Part shown: positions 34,917 through 47,500 of the stretch, in pieces | Layout of the letters: every line of letters starts with the position of its first letter | How positions within the stretch are numbered: position 1 is the stretch's first letter | Assembly: GCA_001643675.2 (NCBI GenBank) | Contig: LSRY02000026.1 | Span: 682,001-746,000 of the forward strand | DNA: 64,000 nt | Source of the DNA: Monocercomonoides exilis PA203 | Lineage: Eukaryota > Protista > Preaxostyla | Direction: 5' to 3' | Position numbers and translations under genes: made by a program | Notes under the pieces: generated by a model | The model's database searches: none | What the model was told of the DNA's origin: nothing | The model's input: the letters and a program-made list of their open reading frames with translations, nothing else

Positions 34917-37212
34917 TCAAATTTTTTCTGTGAGGCAGTCTGTCTGCCCTTTGTCAGCTCCATGATGCTGCGGGGAATTATGGGAGGCGTAATTCACACC
35001 TTCGGGGAGTCGAGCTAAGTCACTTTCCTGATGTATTCTTTTGTTACGAATAGACCTTCGTTTCTTTGATCTCTTTCTCTTGCCCATCTCCACTTCTCCC
35101 CACATTTGTGATGTCTCTTCAGGATACTCCTTTGTTTCAGATTCTGTGTTCTCATTTTCAATATCCTTTCTTTCGCTATCCATCTCCGACTTGTCTCCCT
35201 CTCCTGCAAGGGTTCCTGGTCCGCAGATTGTCTCCAGGATCCACATCGTGTCTTGAATTGGTAACACGGTGTAATATTCCTGGGCCACTCTCGAACCTGG
35301 CTCCCATCTCGCGTACGCATTGATTGCTTTCCAATCTGTATCTAATTATCTGGCCAAGTGAGTTATCATATTGTGTCTAATCGAGAAAGAGGTAAATGTG
35401 TCGCGTATTCCGTTTTCTCTCAGGACAGCTCCTAATTCTTCTTTGATTCTCTGCAAATTTGCAGGCTTGTTCTATTCTATGTCAAACCACACATGTTCAT
35501 CTTTCATCGTCGTCTTTGAATAATTCATCCAGCGTTGGAGCGCAACAACTGCATTAATACGTGAGTTTGTTTATTTATTTATAATCACCTTAACTGTCTC
35601 TCCCCCTGATGTTTTTGTTCGTTCTTGTGTGAGTATTGTATTATCCTTGATTATCGTTGTCTCTCTTCTCATTCTCTCCAGCTCAGCTGGCGTCAATGCA
35701 CTAGAAATCATGGTCAGGATGAGAGCTCTCCTCTGGAGTGTTCGTATGTTCTTTGCGTCGTACGTGGTTTCGGCCCATTTCGTGATGATTGTCAAGTCCC
35801 ACATTGATTTGCATCGTTTGCCTCTTCTTGGTTTCTCCCCCACCTAGGTCTTTAGAAATATTTCTATGTCTTTCACGTCAACCTTAGTCTCTCTGAAGAG
35901 GTTAATGGAATCCAGCACTTTCCGTACTGTCTGATTTATCACTCCGCTTGAGAGGTTTGTATTCGAGAGTGTTTAAATGAACTCCGCCATAATCCACTTT
36001 GCATCTTTGTTTGTGAGGGGGTCAGTGTCATCCCTGCTCTCTCTATCAAGGAACTGCTTGAATCTTCGCAGCGCTCTCCACGTATCTCTTTCGCTCTTCT
36101 GATTTCTAAGTATTGCTGCTGCTATGTCTTTTGCTCCAACGTGTTCTCCCCATGTTAAGAAGAGGTCTCTCCCTTGAATATTCTCTTCTCCAGTATAACG
36201 CTTATTACCTCTCCTGGGGGTAGTTTCCAGCCTTCCCTTCTCATCTTCGTTCCTGGTGTCATGCACTCCTGAAAGGTCCCCAGGGTCTTTATCGAATGCC
36301 CAGGCTGCAGTAGCGGGGTCCAGGTCTGCCCCCGCCATGCTAGTAGAATCAGAATTGTCAGTTCCCTCCGAGCTTCGTTCATCTTCTCTTTCAGCACCCG
36401 TCCAATGTTGCTCAGGAACAGGTGGACTAGTGCTATCTCGTTTCCTTGCATTTCTCTCTCTCTCTTCCGTCTCAGAGAGGATATTCTCCAAGTACTTCCA
36501 CAGTGCACCTGCGCAATCTGTTCTGAAATTGTATCTAGTGTTCTCGGTACGAATGTTTGAAATGTCTCTGCGACCTTCTCCCCCTATAGTGCATAGTCTG
36601 GCTTTCTCGCCATCCGGCTGAGTGCATCTGCTTCCGTGTTCTCCTCTCCCGGGAGATATTCCATATGTATTATTATGTCCAGGCTGTTCAGTTTCTTCTC
36701 TAATGCTCTCAGTGTTGGAATGAGCGATGGCGCTCCCCTTTTCTTCTGGATTGTCCATCTCGTGGACATGTTGTCTGTCTTCAGACAAATATGATCTATC
36801 TTCTGTTCTTTCAGCCATGCTCCTTTCCTTTCTGAAGTCCTCAACACTGCTCTGGACTCCTTCTCGTTTATCGCTAACGCGCTCTCCTGGAGGGTCCATC
36901 TTCAGTGGACATATATCTTCTCGTCTTTGTTCCCCATCGGTGTTGTTAATACTGCACCCCATCCCAGCTCTGAAGCGTCCGTCGTTAGTATTGCTAGTAT
37001 GTTCCTTCTCTTCAGACACCTTGGCATGTTCTCTGGAAGGATTTTCCTCCAATGTGTCAATTCTCCCAACATCATTGGGTTGACTATCACGATTCCCTTC
37101 CAGCCTCCGCGGGCTATCGCCTGCCTCAGCACGTATTGCATGCGATTCATCCACAAGCTCGCTGGTGGGTGTTGTAACCTCACAAAATTCAGCCTCCCGA
37201 TGAGTGCTGCAA
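34917..37212 (-). pseudogene. DIRS ORF3 tyrosine recombinase; N-terminal part overlaps pol in another frame and continues at 40831-41118
   Basis: One frame throughout: RALILTMISSALTPAEL (box I-like), RTKTSGG, TSFSIRHNMITHL (HxxR box), YARWEPGSRVAQEYY (W..catalytic Y). Five in-frame stops. Confidence 0.85.
36155..37212 (-). pseudogene. DIRS pol C-terminal half: RNase H plus degenerate DNA N6-adenine-methylase-like domain
   Basis: LTTDASELGWGAVL, INEKESRAV, LKTDNMST and YLPGEENTEADALSR are DIRS RNase H motifs. IGRVLKEK..ILILLAWRGQTWTPLL resembles the DIRS methylase-like domain. Stops at 36902 and 36584. Confidence 0.85.
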
Positions 37213-37220
37213 AGACGCTT

Positions 37221-40200
37221 GGTAAAAAATGATTTCAGCGACTTTGGAATTGAAAACTTTTAAATGGAAAACAGAAGTTTATTCATTATTCTATTTCTAT
37301 AAAAATTGTATTTATTTAACGAAAAATGAGAGATAAATAAATTACAAAAATCTCAGAAATAATAAAAATTTAAGGGAGCAAACCCTTAATAAATATTTCA
37401 GATTTATTTATTTTTAAATGCCTTTCAAAACAGACGAAAAAAGACATTTATCGGAGCTTAACGAGTTATTTCAAGACGAGTTGAAGACTATTAAGTGGCT
37501 TCAAAACAATAATTACATAAAATCATCGTTATACTGCTGGAAGTGCAAAAAATACATGAATCTTCAACTTGAAAAAGGAAATTACTACAATTTCAGATGC
37601 AAACACTGCAAAAAATCATTGAGGAGTCATACTATTTTTGAAAAAATAAAGTTACCTCTGAGAAAAATATGTATTATTGCACTTTATTTTTGGTTGCATT
37701 TGGAGCAGCTGCAAGTTGCAATTTTGGAGTCAGTCAGTATTTCCACAATTTCTAAGCTTTTCACTTTATTTCGGAAAGCCATCATTTTTCATCAACAACA
37801 ACATCCTTTCAAAATAGGAGGAGAAAAAAAAACTGTCGAAATAGATGAGGCAGCTTTTTACAGAAGAAAATTCAAAGTTGGGAGAAGGAAACCATTGTTA
37901 TGGATTGTTGGTGGTGTTGAAAGGCCTGTTGCAACAAAAGGAAGGAGCAATATGTTTTTATCAATTGTACCGAATCGCACAAAACCAGTTTTTCAATCAC
38001 TTATTGAATCAAAAGTTAAAAAGAACACAATAATAAACACTGATTGTTGGAAAGCATACAGTTCATTGGATACTCTTGGATTCACACATCAAACAGTTAA
38101 TCATGAAAAACATTTTGTGGACCCATTAACAAAGTGTCATACTAACAGAATTGAAGGAGCTTAGTCACTTTTGATGCATTTTCTGCCTCGACATGGAGTC
38201 AAAAGGAAGCATTTGTCCAATTATTTACTAGAGTTCACTTATCGAAGAAATCCAGAAAAGAATTTTGATGATTTTTTTGAGATTTTTGTAAAGTCTACGA
38301 ACAATGATGTAACCGTAATCGAGGATGATGAATTAATCTGGTATGTGATGCAAATCTCAGAATTTCATTGTTTCATATTTTTAAAATTGAGAATGGGCAA
38401 ATTGAGAATTGATAATAATAAAGTTTTTTTCTATCATTTTTGAAACAAACATTCACATAATATTTATGATTTTTCTATGAGGAAAGAAAACAAGTGCTAT
38501 ATATCCGTAAAGAATTTTTTATTGAGTTCATTGTCAATGAGTTTGTTATCAATTTGAAATTCTTAAAAACACATTTATTTATTGATATGAAAACGATAAA
38601 TATTTAAAATTTTTTATTTTCTCAAAGTCGATAAAAAAAATATTAACAATAAATCAAACAAGCGCAGAGGAAATAATTGGCATGTTCGAAATAATAGTTC
38701 AAGCTTTTATTCAATGAAGAATTTTTATCGCGCAATATTATTTAAAGCCATGAAACGATTATTCATTGATGGAATGCTTTGTTTGATAACAGCTATAATC
38801 AAGTTTTAAATGAATATTATTCATTCAATATTTGTTTCAAATAATAAACTCATATTAATTACTGTCAATATTGAAAAAGATAAAGAAGAAATATTTAAAA
38901 TACCAAAGGAAATATATAGTAGATCTGACTATACAGGATATTAATAAACTGACCAACAGAGATTTAAAAATAGAAAATCAGCTATTATTTTTCAGATTTC
39001 ACATAAGTTTCATATTTTTCTTCTGTCGAATCCGTTTTCAGATATGTTCATGGAAAAACGCGAAAATCTGAAATTTCAGTTGTGTCATCATTGCAACGTT
39101 TTAAATACGTACAATCCTATTTTGCAATATAAATATGGAACAAATAATAGGAATCAAAAACGCTTTGTTATTTTTTTTTGAATGTGAAAGCAGCACAAAT
39201 ATTCTGAACGTTGACAAATAAATTCAGGAGATATGCAGTTCACTGCAAAAGAACGTGATTTCATAAAAATAAGTTCAAATACAAAAACGTTATTAACTAA
39301 GTTTGCCATTTTCATAATTCTAAATGGCATATTCGCAGTTATAGTTAACTTTGAACGGTTTTGTTCCAGAAAAACGAGAGAAGGAAGACATGAAAAATTA
39401 AAGAACAACAGAAAAATCTCCGAAATCATTTCTAACCTTCAAAATTTTTCATTGATATGTTATCTGAAAATCCACTTTCAGTTGATTCATAATATCTTTG
39501 TTGTTATAAAATAAACACAGATAAATCATATTTTATTGAAGAAGTGAGACCAACGAAATTAACTGCTTCAATGATTTTTAGTATTTGAATTTGTAACATT
39601 GTTCTTTTTTCCAATAGGAATACTAACGAATGATGTTTATTACCCTTCCATCAATAATAATACATAAAAATGAATAATAAATTGTATGAATTAGACTGTT
39701 TTTGAAATAAAAAAAGAAAAACGATTCAAAAAATGTAATAAAATAATTGTGAATACTTGATGTTTTATAATTTGATGAAGTCAAATTACCCTCCTGCAAC
39801 AAAGACGTTGTCTAATTTTTCAACTTTTTCTTTATGAACTTTTCATAAAATTGGTTGTTATTGTTTCACTGCGAAATATTTTTAAATCCTTTCCTTCATT
39901 AATTTTTTCGGTCTGCATTTTTCATTGACTTCGCATTTTTCATAATTGATAATACTGTGTTGAATTCATTCAAATTATAATGTAACTGATACTTCTATTT
40001 TGAAAAAAAGCAACACTTCAATAAAAATCTAAAATATAACTCAAAAATAATGAAGTTTGTAAAAACATCTGAAAAACATTTCGAAAAGCAAAATTAATCA
40101 AATTATTCCAAGTTGAAATCTATAACAAATACATTTTCTTTATTCACATACATTTAAAAGCATTAATCACATTTTTCCTTGAACTTGTTTGAGCAAGCTC

Positions 40201-40822
40201 TGATTTTATTTTCCGTAATTTTTATCGAATATCCATTATTTTCAAGATTCGCACATATTCGTTCTATAACCAAAAAATAAAAACAATTGTTATTGTATTT
40301 AAAACAAACGTATTCACATTACGATTGTGAATAATATTTTGACCACTTTTCTTTCTTTCTTTCAGAATGAATACTCGATTAAAAACAATTTCATTCTTTA
40401 ATATTATGTTTCTCACGTTAAATATTATTTATCTCCTGTATACTTTCAGCTAAAACAAGTTGCAAACGAAAGAAATTCTTTATCATTGAATAAACAAGAA
40501 CGTTTCATCATACATTTGCAAACACATCATATTATATAATAATACACTATCGCAAGCATCAACTCGTCTTGAAATAACTCGTTAAGCTCCGATAAATGTC
40601 TTTTTTCGTCTGTTTTGAAAGGCATTTAAAAATAAATAAATCTGAAATATTTATTAAGGGTTTGCTCCCTTAAATTTTTATTATTTCTGAGATTTTTGTA
40701 ATTTATTTATCTCTCATTTTTCGTTAAATAAATACAATTTTTATAGAAATAGAATAATGAATAAACTTCTGTTTTCCATTTAAAAGTTTTCAATTCCAAA
40801 GTCGCTGAAATCATTTCTTACC
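37221..40822 (+). mobile_element. Merlin (IS1016/IS1595-related) DNA transposon, 3602 bp, 264-bp TIRs, 8-bp TSD, nested in DIRS pol
   Basis: TIRs 37221-37484 and 40559-40822 start with GG; one mismatch seen. TSD AGACGCTT (37213-37220) / AGACTCTT (40823-40830). Removing the element restores both DIRS frames (TRVFAALIGRLNF; KSLCSTHREAEF). Confidence 0.95.
37418..38443 (+). pseudogene. Merlin/ISXO2-like DDE transposase with N-terminal zinc ribbon; single nonsense codon (TAG 38162-38164 at the conserved Trp)
   Basis: CWKC..CKHC, KIGGEKKTVEIDEA, WIVGGVER, INTDCWKAY, HQTVNH, HTNRIEGA*S, then in-frame HLSNYLLEFTYRR. Confidence 0.9.
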
Positions 40823-40830
40823 AGACTCTT

Positions 40831-42091
40831 GTCTTCGGACTCTTCCTTTTCTTTGCATGTGCTATCCATGTTCGCACATCCCCCAGCAGCAGCACTCTCT
40901 TCCTTTCTTAGAGCGTCACTTTCATCCTTTCCGAGTTCCAAAGTAATCACAGGAACTACACACTCCTTGTTGATAACAGGTTCAATTTCTCTTCCGACAG
41001 TATCCAGCCCAGATTCTTCAGGAACTGGGCTATCTCCAGTGAGATCGATCTCAAAACTTCCCTGTCTGGGTGCATGAGGAGAATGTTGTCCAGATATATC
41101 ACCAGCTTTACCTTCCACTGTTCTCTGATATATGACGCTGCCCTTCTTCTTATCTTCGTGAATACTCTGGGCGCGTCCTTTGCTCGAAAGGGCATCCCTA
41201 CGTTAGCGTAGCATTGACTTTGAAAGCTGAAACATAGATATGGACTGAATTGTTCATCCACCTTGACATGTTGGTATGCACTCGATATGTCCAGAATTGT
41301 CATCCAATAGTTCTTCTCCAGGAGTTCCACCATTGTCTCCTGGGAATCCATCTTGATGTGTTTCCCTTCACTTCCTCGTTTAGAACTCTGCAGTCCAAGA
41401 TCTTTTCCCACTTCCCGTTCTTCTTTTTCACCATGAATGTCGGGTTGAACCACTTCACCTCCGACTCCTGTATGGGCTTCACCACCACGTTCTTCAATTC
41501 CTCCACCAAAAGGGATAAATGACTGTTCTTCATCTCCGTCGTCCCTCGAAACTCTTGTCTGTGTTTTCTCTTCTCGAGTGAGATTGGGGACTGGGGACTT
41601 TTCCATCGAGCTCTTATACCACTGCTCACTTGTTTGCCTCACCCAATCTTCTTCCACTCGCTCATCCTGTTCACCAGTCTCCTAGGAAGTGGCTCCTTCG
41701 GTGGTCCAATCGCTACGTTCCTCCTCACATCTGGCATCCTGTGGACATTCTGGATCTGTGTAATCTCTTCTCCTTTGAGAACATCTGCAATAACTATCTT
41801 CAAGCTCTCCTCCCGGGCTCTCCTAATTGGGGACTCGATAGCAGTCCCAGAAGCTATCCAGACTCCCTTCTCTTTCTCCTTCCCGGATTTCCGATCATTC
41901 TTGTGTCTTGTCTTGCGGGGATATACGGAGTCTTCTTCTGCTCTCGTTGTGTCATGTTGTACATCTTCATTCAATATCTCCATCGCGAAATCCCCTGTGA
42001 ATTCCCGTTGTTTTTTCTTCTCTTGATCAAATGTACTCACCACCTCTCTGATATTCTCATTCTGTTTCGGGGTTTCTTTCAATAATATCAT
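40831..42091 (-). pseudogene. DIRS pol N-terminal half: reverse transcriptase (frameshifted)
   Basis: WFNPTFMVKKKNGKWEKILDCRVLN, LDISSAYQHV, MPFRAKDAPRVFTK and VIYLDNILL (YLDD to YLDN). Frameshifts and a TGA at 41639. Confidence 0.9.
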
Positions 42092-42162
42092 CTTGCAATG
42101 AGCTGTTGTTTCTTGTCAAATAGTCATTTCGCTGGAGCCTGACAATCTCTTCTCTTTCTCTG

Positions 42163-43461
42163 TCAAGCTGCAAAGCGCAGTTCTCTTTGCTCTCTCTTCA
42201 AACTCTCATTTCTCACTCGATGCTCCTGTGCCCATTTGCTCGTTTTGATTGTCAATTCCACAGCTGTTCCCACTTGGGTCCTTGGGGGAGCTGGTGGCAA
42301 TGGTCCCGTAATGGAAACTGTCTTTCCCGTGATGGTTGGGAGGAACTGGGCCTGGAACTGTGGCGTTCTCTTCTTTCCCTTGAAGTCCGTAAAGCTGCAG
42401 CCATATTCCCTTCTCTGGAGTTGTCTGTATACGAATCCTTTTGTGCTCCTTCCCGAACTGTATCTTCTCGAAAGTCCACCTTTGGCCGTTGCAGGTCTGA
42501 AACCTGTTGTGGAGTCGGGAGATGCACCGTATCCTGCTGCATCTCCCTCTGCTTGAAAAAAGCTAGTGCTCTCCTCAAGTTTCCTCAGGTTCTCCGGCAC
42601 TTCCTTAGACATTCCTCCTTCTAAAAAACCTTTCGCGCTTTCCCAACCCGATTGGGGTATAACCTTCAGTAGGTTAATTCTGCTGATACAGTCGGCTGTT
42701 AATGCAAAGGAACAGAATAGTCCTCTCAGTCGTTCTTTTTCTTCTTCTCTAAGGAACTAAATTCTCAATTCCTTCGCCGTGAGGGCTACGATTGCTTTCG
42801 CTGCTTCAAAGCCCGATTCAAGAGCAGGTTGGAGGAGTTCCATACCCGGACAGCTTCTGGTGAGTACTTTCTTCCTTCAGCTGTGACCACCATCACAGCT
42901 AAGGTGTACCAACTCGCATCAGTGTGTCTGGTGAAGAAACTCCTTCTCGGTATCTGGAATAAATGTATTCAGTATATCATCATTCATTCTTAACGATCCC
43001 GCCTTACAAAACTCAATGAACTTCCTCAGCTCGCTCGCTTGTCTCCGGGGTGTCAACCACTCCCTGGGAAAGATTCTGGTAAAGTTTTCTATTCCTTCTT
43101 TCTCTTCCTGAACTTCTTGCTCTTCCGAATCCCAGTCGCTATCCTCTTCATTTTACTGTCTCCTCGGACAGCTAATTGAACGATGCAATCTCTCACGCTT
43201 TCCTTGTTTCCGCTTTGCGATCAGATCACTAAAATTTGCATCTAACTCCGACTCGCTCGATCTCGATCTGCTTCTTCTTCTTTGTCGCTCTCTCTTCTCT
43301 TTCTTCATTGGTATCATTTTCACAGCTCCGGACTGCATTGGCCATGTTTGGCTCCAAGCAAATTCTTCAATCATGTTTTCTACTCTCCTTATTCTCTGTA
43401 TTAGATCAAAATCCATACACTCACCGTCTCTGCTTGATAGTCTAACAGGTTCTTGTTCCAT
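42163..43461 (-). pseudogene. DIRS ORF1 (gag-like), disrupted
   Basis: Positioned between the 5' ITR and pol. ATG at 43461, RS-rich segment, several stops and frameshifts. The gag assignment is positional. Confidence 0.6.
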
Positions 43462-44531
43462 TTTAACAGCGGACAATGATGTTCTAGGCAATGTGAGTAT
43501 TAGCGAAGTTTGATCAAAAACCACCCAGAAAACGAATGAAATACTTATTATTGAGGAGCAAATCTGCTCCGTGCGTTCACAGATTCGTTCTATTGCGAAT
43601 TTAATCTAATGGAAAGAACAAAATAAATAAAAACATAACGAAAGTTGTGGAAAAGATTTTCATTATCTTAAAGGTACTTTATTTTTTAAAAAAAAGATAA
43701 ACTTGCTGTTCATTTTTAATTTTTTGAAATATTCAAAACACCCATTTGTCTCTCAATGATTTGTGTTTCAATGAATACGAAGAGCACAAATTGACATATG
43801 TCTAAATTTTCATCATTTCTTATCTTATTCTTTTAATGTTTCGAAAATTGTTTTGATTGTTTTCTCAAATATGTTGATTTACAAATAGAAAAGAATGATT
43901 CAGGCATTTTTCTGGGAAATGAAATTCATTGTTTCTGTCGAATTTCAATTAATTGTTGTGTTTTGTTTTCATGAAAATGAAATGAAAAAAATATAACTGA
44001 AAAAACGAATGTGAAAAATATGTGTGAAAACACAATGAAGATTCAATAATTTTGAAGATTATTTTATCAACGTAATGAAAAGATCACACATTCCGCTCTT
44101 AGAGAAGTCATCACAATCATTCATTCATACACATATACAAAAGGCTTTGCAAAAATTGAGATTTTCTGAATACATACATAAAAACAAAACAATCAGATAA
44201 AATATTAAAGAAATAATTTTTTTATAAGATATTTTTTAATCCTTTTGAATACAAATACAAACACACAAATGGATTTCGAAATGAATATTAAATCAGAAAA
44301 CTGAATTCAAAAAATGAAGATAAATCTAAGTATTCCACAAGAGAAATGCTTTCCCAAATATCTCAATATCATCATCATCATCATCTCTTCTCTTTCAAAT
44401 GTGTCTCATTATCCCAAAAATGAAACCTTCACATGTTGCACAAGAACTCCAAAACATTTACCATCTTTTCTTTGAAAACGGTGAAAATGTTTCTTTCGCA
44501 CCCAGAAATATCCTCTCAAACAAAACCCTTC

Positions 44532-47500
44532 TCACACGATTATTATCCCCTTCACCATTTCTTTCTCCACATCATTTCTTGTTTTCCTCTCTCTTTTTTG
44601 TGGATTCACTGAAAGTTTCTCTTGTGATTCCGATATTGCTTGTGCTTCATCTTCTGTTTTGCTCTTTTCCTCTTCTGTGCCATCCTCATCCTCCATCGCA
44701 TCTGACATCGTCAGAATCATTGTTCCAGCTGGAAAGTGCTGAAACAGTTCTCTTTTCAGATCATCCAAAGAAATGCGAATCGAGCGTTGCGATTGCCAGC
44801 AGCTCTCCACAAGCTCTCCAAGCCCACTTTCTTCAACAAGAGCTGCCATGTCTGGCCTCTCCCCATTCAAAATCTTATCTCCAGCCACCTCTGCTGGATA
44901 CTCTCCAAACGGGATATCCAGTGTTAGACACTCCCACAACATCATCCCGATCGAAAACACTACTGACTTCTTCGTTGCCCCCATCTTCTTGTTCACCTGC
45001 AGCTCTGGTGCCATCCACCTCAAACACTCTTTTCTGTTGTATTCATCATCCTCAAATGCTGATGAAGGAAGAGAGTCTTCGCTATCATCACTGGCAGATG
45101 TCACAACAGTCGATGAAGAGATGGATGATGAGTCTGAATCATCATCAGATGAGAAGTCAGAGTGCATCACAATGCAGATCACCATGTGTTCTGAAAACAG
45201 AACAATGTGAGGACTCAGAGTGGAAAGAGAAGATAATCCATTTTCCATTTCGTCAAATGAATGAAGTGCGAGATTAGCCACCCAGAACAGGATCTGTGCA
45301 GCTGTTTGCTCCCTCTCCTGAAGAGTCCCAATTGCCATCTCCTTTGTCTTATTCCTTCCATGCAACAACATGAACAGTGAATCCCTCAAATCCACAATCA
45401 GCTTCTCATGAGGAGACGAGCAGGCCATCGCATCCACCAGATTCGACATCGATGAGGTGGTTGGACACAGACTCTCCGATCGAACAAATGTTGAATCTGA
45501 ATCTGTTGTTGAAGTTGATGAAATTGATGGTGATGGCGTTCGCTTTCTTGTCTCTTCATCATCTTCTTCCTTCTCATCAACCTTCTCGAGCATCCATTGA
45601 GGAATCTTGTCTGAATCTCTCCCCAAAATGTATTCAGTTGAACCACTCTCAGAAAGAAGATGTTCTGATGACTCTGAATGTCCCAAACTTTTCTCATACA
45701 CCCTCTTTTTCATTCTCTCTTCATTCTTCTTTTCTGCCTCCTTCTCTGCCCTCCTCCACTGCTCCTCTGGTGACATCTCCATCGTCACCATCTCAAATGC
45801 CTTTGGATCCTTCCTCACTGTGTCATTCACAATCTCCTCCAATTCCTTTGTTCTTCTCTTTTGCTTTCTCCAACGAACAACAAACAAAATAAATCCAATC
45901 AGAACAATCACAAGAATAGCTGCCATGATCATTACAATCAACAACAAAGAAGATTTTCCATCTTTTCCTCCTTCAACAATCCTTTCATCTCCTTTTCCAA
46001 CATTTTCACTCCTGTTCTTCACAATAAATCGCTCTGTTGATGAAGGCGAATCTCCTTTCCCAAACACAATCCACACACTCACTTCTGTCTCTTCTCTCAC
46101 TTTCTCCAGTTCTGAACATGAAATGAATGTGTGAATCTCATTCTCTGACACAAACCCTTCTTCTTCAATCCCCTTTCTCACTATCTCCTCTTCATCCCCA
46201 TCTTTCATGCTCATCTTCACTGACAAATCACATGGAAGAAGCAGCTTTCCCACAATCATCAACTCCACATTTCCATTTGGCTGAGAACTATTCTTCACCT
46301 CTTCCAAAATGGGGATGAAAAATGATGATCCTCTTTCAGCTGCTATCCCTCCCAATTCACATCCCTCATCCAATATCCACAATGATGAGTTATCTTTCAA
46401 CCCATCTCCCCCTTTCACACTCACAACATTCAACTCCCCATTCCCTTCACAAATCACATTCCTTCTGGCTGATGGATATCCCTCGATCGATGGGTTGTTG
46501 TTCTCAAACTTTCCATTTTCAATCTTCACACTCGCTCCACTCACCCACAACCCACCTGCCTTGCTATTTCTGATTGTTGTTTCCCTCATCTCCACTTTGC
46601 TCTTCTCAATATCAACCAATGACCCATTCCATTTGCATAATCCTTCTTTTCTATTGTTTTCTTCATTGATAACCTCGTTTTCATTTTCTCCATCAAACAC
46701 ACATGCCTCAATCCTCACATTCTTGGAATTCCTGATCTGCATCATGCTTCCCTTGTTCACTGAATTCACACATCTCCCAAATGAGCTGTTCAGCACACTC
46801 ACCTCTTTCTCAGCATCTTCTATCCCAATCACACACCCCTTTGACATCACAGTCACATTCACAACTCCCATCTCTTTCATCTCAACTTTCGCTTTCCCTC
46901 CAACACTCACAACATCCCCCTCACATTTGATGTTCGATATTCTTGATTCAACAATTATCACATTCGATTCTTCACAAAATAAAAGAATTGATGTTGTTGA
47001 ATGAATATCACTGAATGTTGTTTCGGTTATCTTCAGCTCTCCACTCTCCACACTCACAATTGAACTGTTCAACTTCAACTCAGCTGTTGTTGTTGGGGAA
47101 GAAGAGATGAATTCACATTTTTGGATCTCCATTGACCCATTCTTCACTTTCATAAAATAAGTGTGAGCTGACTCAAATCCATCTTCAAACTGGAATGAGC
47201 ACCTCTCCACTCCACATTCATTCACAAACTCCATCACACAATCCTTCTCAGCTGACTTCTCAATCTTGCAGTTCAACCGAACAATCCCCTGTGCCTTTTT
47301 CAATGAGTTCACAACCAGATCTCCAATCACACACTCCTTCCTCACAAACCCTTCCCCATAAATCAGAATCCCATTCATCACCCCTTCCTCGATGTGCTCA
47401 ACCCCACAGTCGATGCTCGCACACGGAATGCTCTGTGCCCCACATCCCCTCCCATCACTCCCTCTCCCACTCACAAACACCTGTGCCGAATAATAGAATG

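Larger units (their letters stand above)
33938..43602 (-). mobile_element. DIRS1-type tyrosine-recombinase retrotransposon, full-length but mutated (~6.05 kb once the nested Merlin element is removed); ends approximate
   Basis: Order on the minus strand: gag-like, RT, RNase H, methylase-like, YR. Imperfect ITRs (33956-34020 versus 43503-43566). Internal complementary region matching both termini. Confidence 0.92.

Noticed and set aside
38162-38164. TAG in the Merlin transposase as programmed readthrough or a host variant code
   Set aside because: It occupies the conserved Trp of IEGxW (TGG>TAG). Host genes use TAA as a terminator, and 3000-aa ORFs are open in the standard code.
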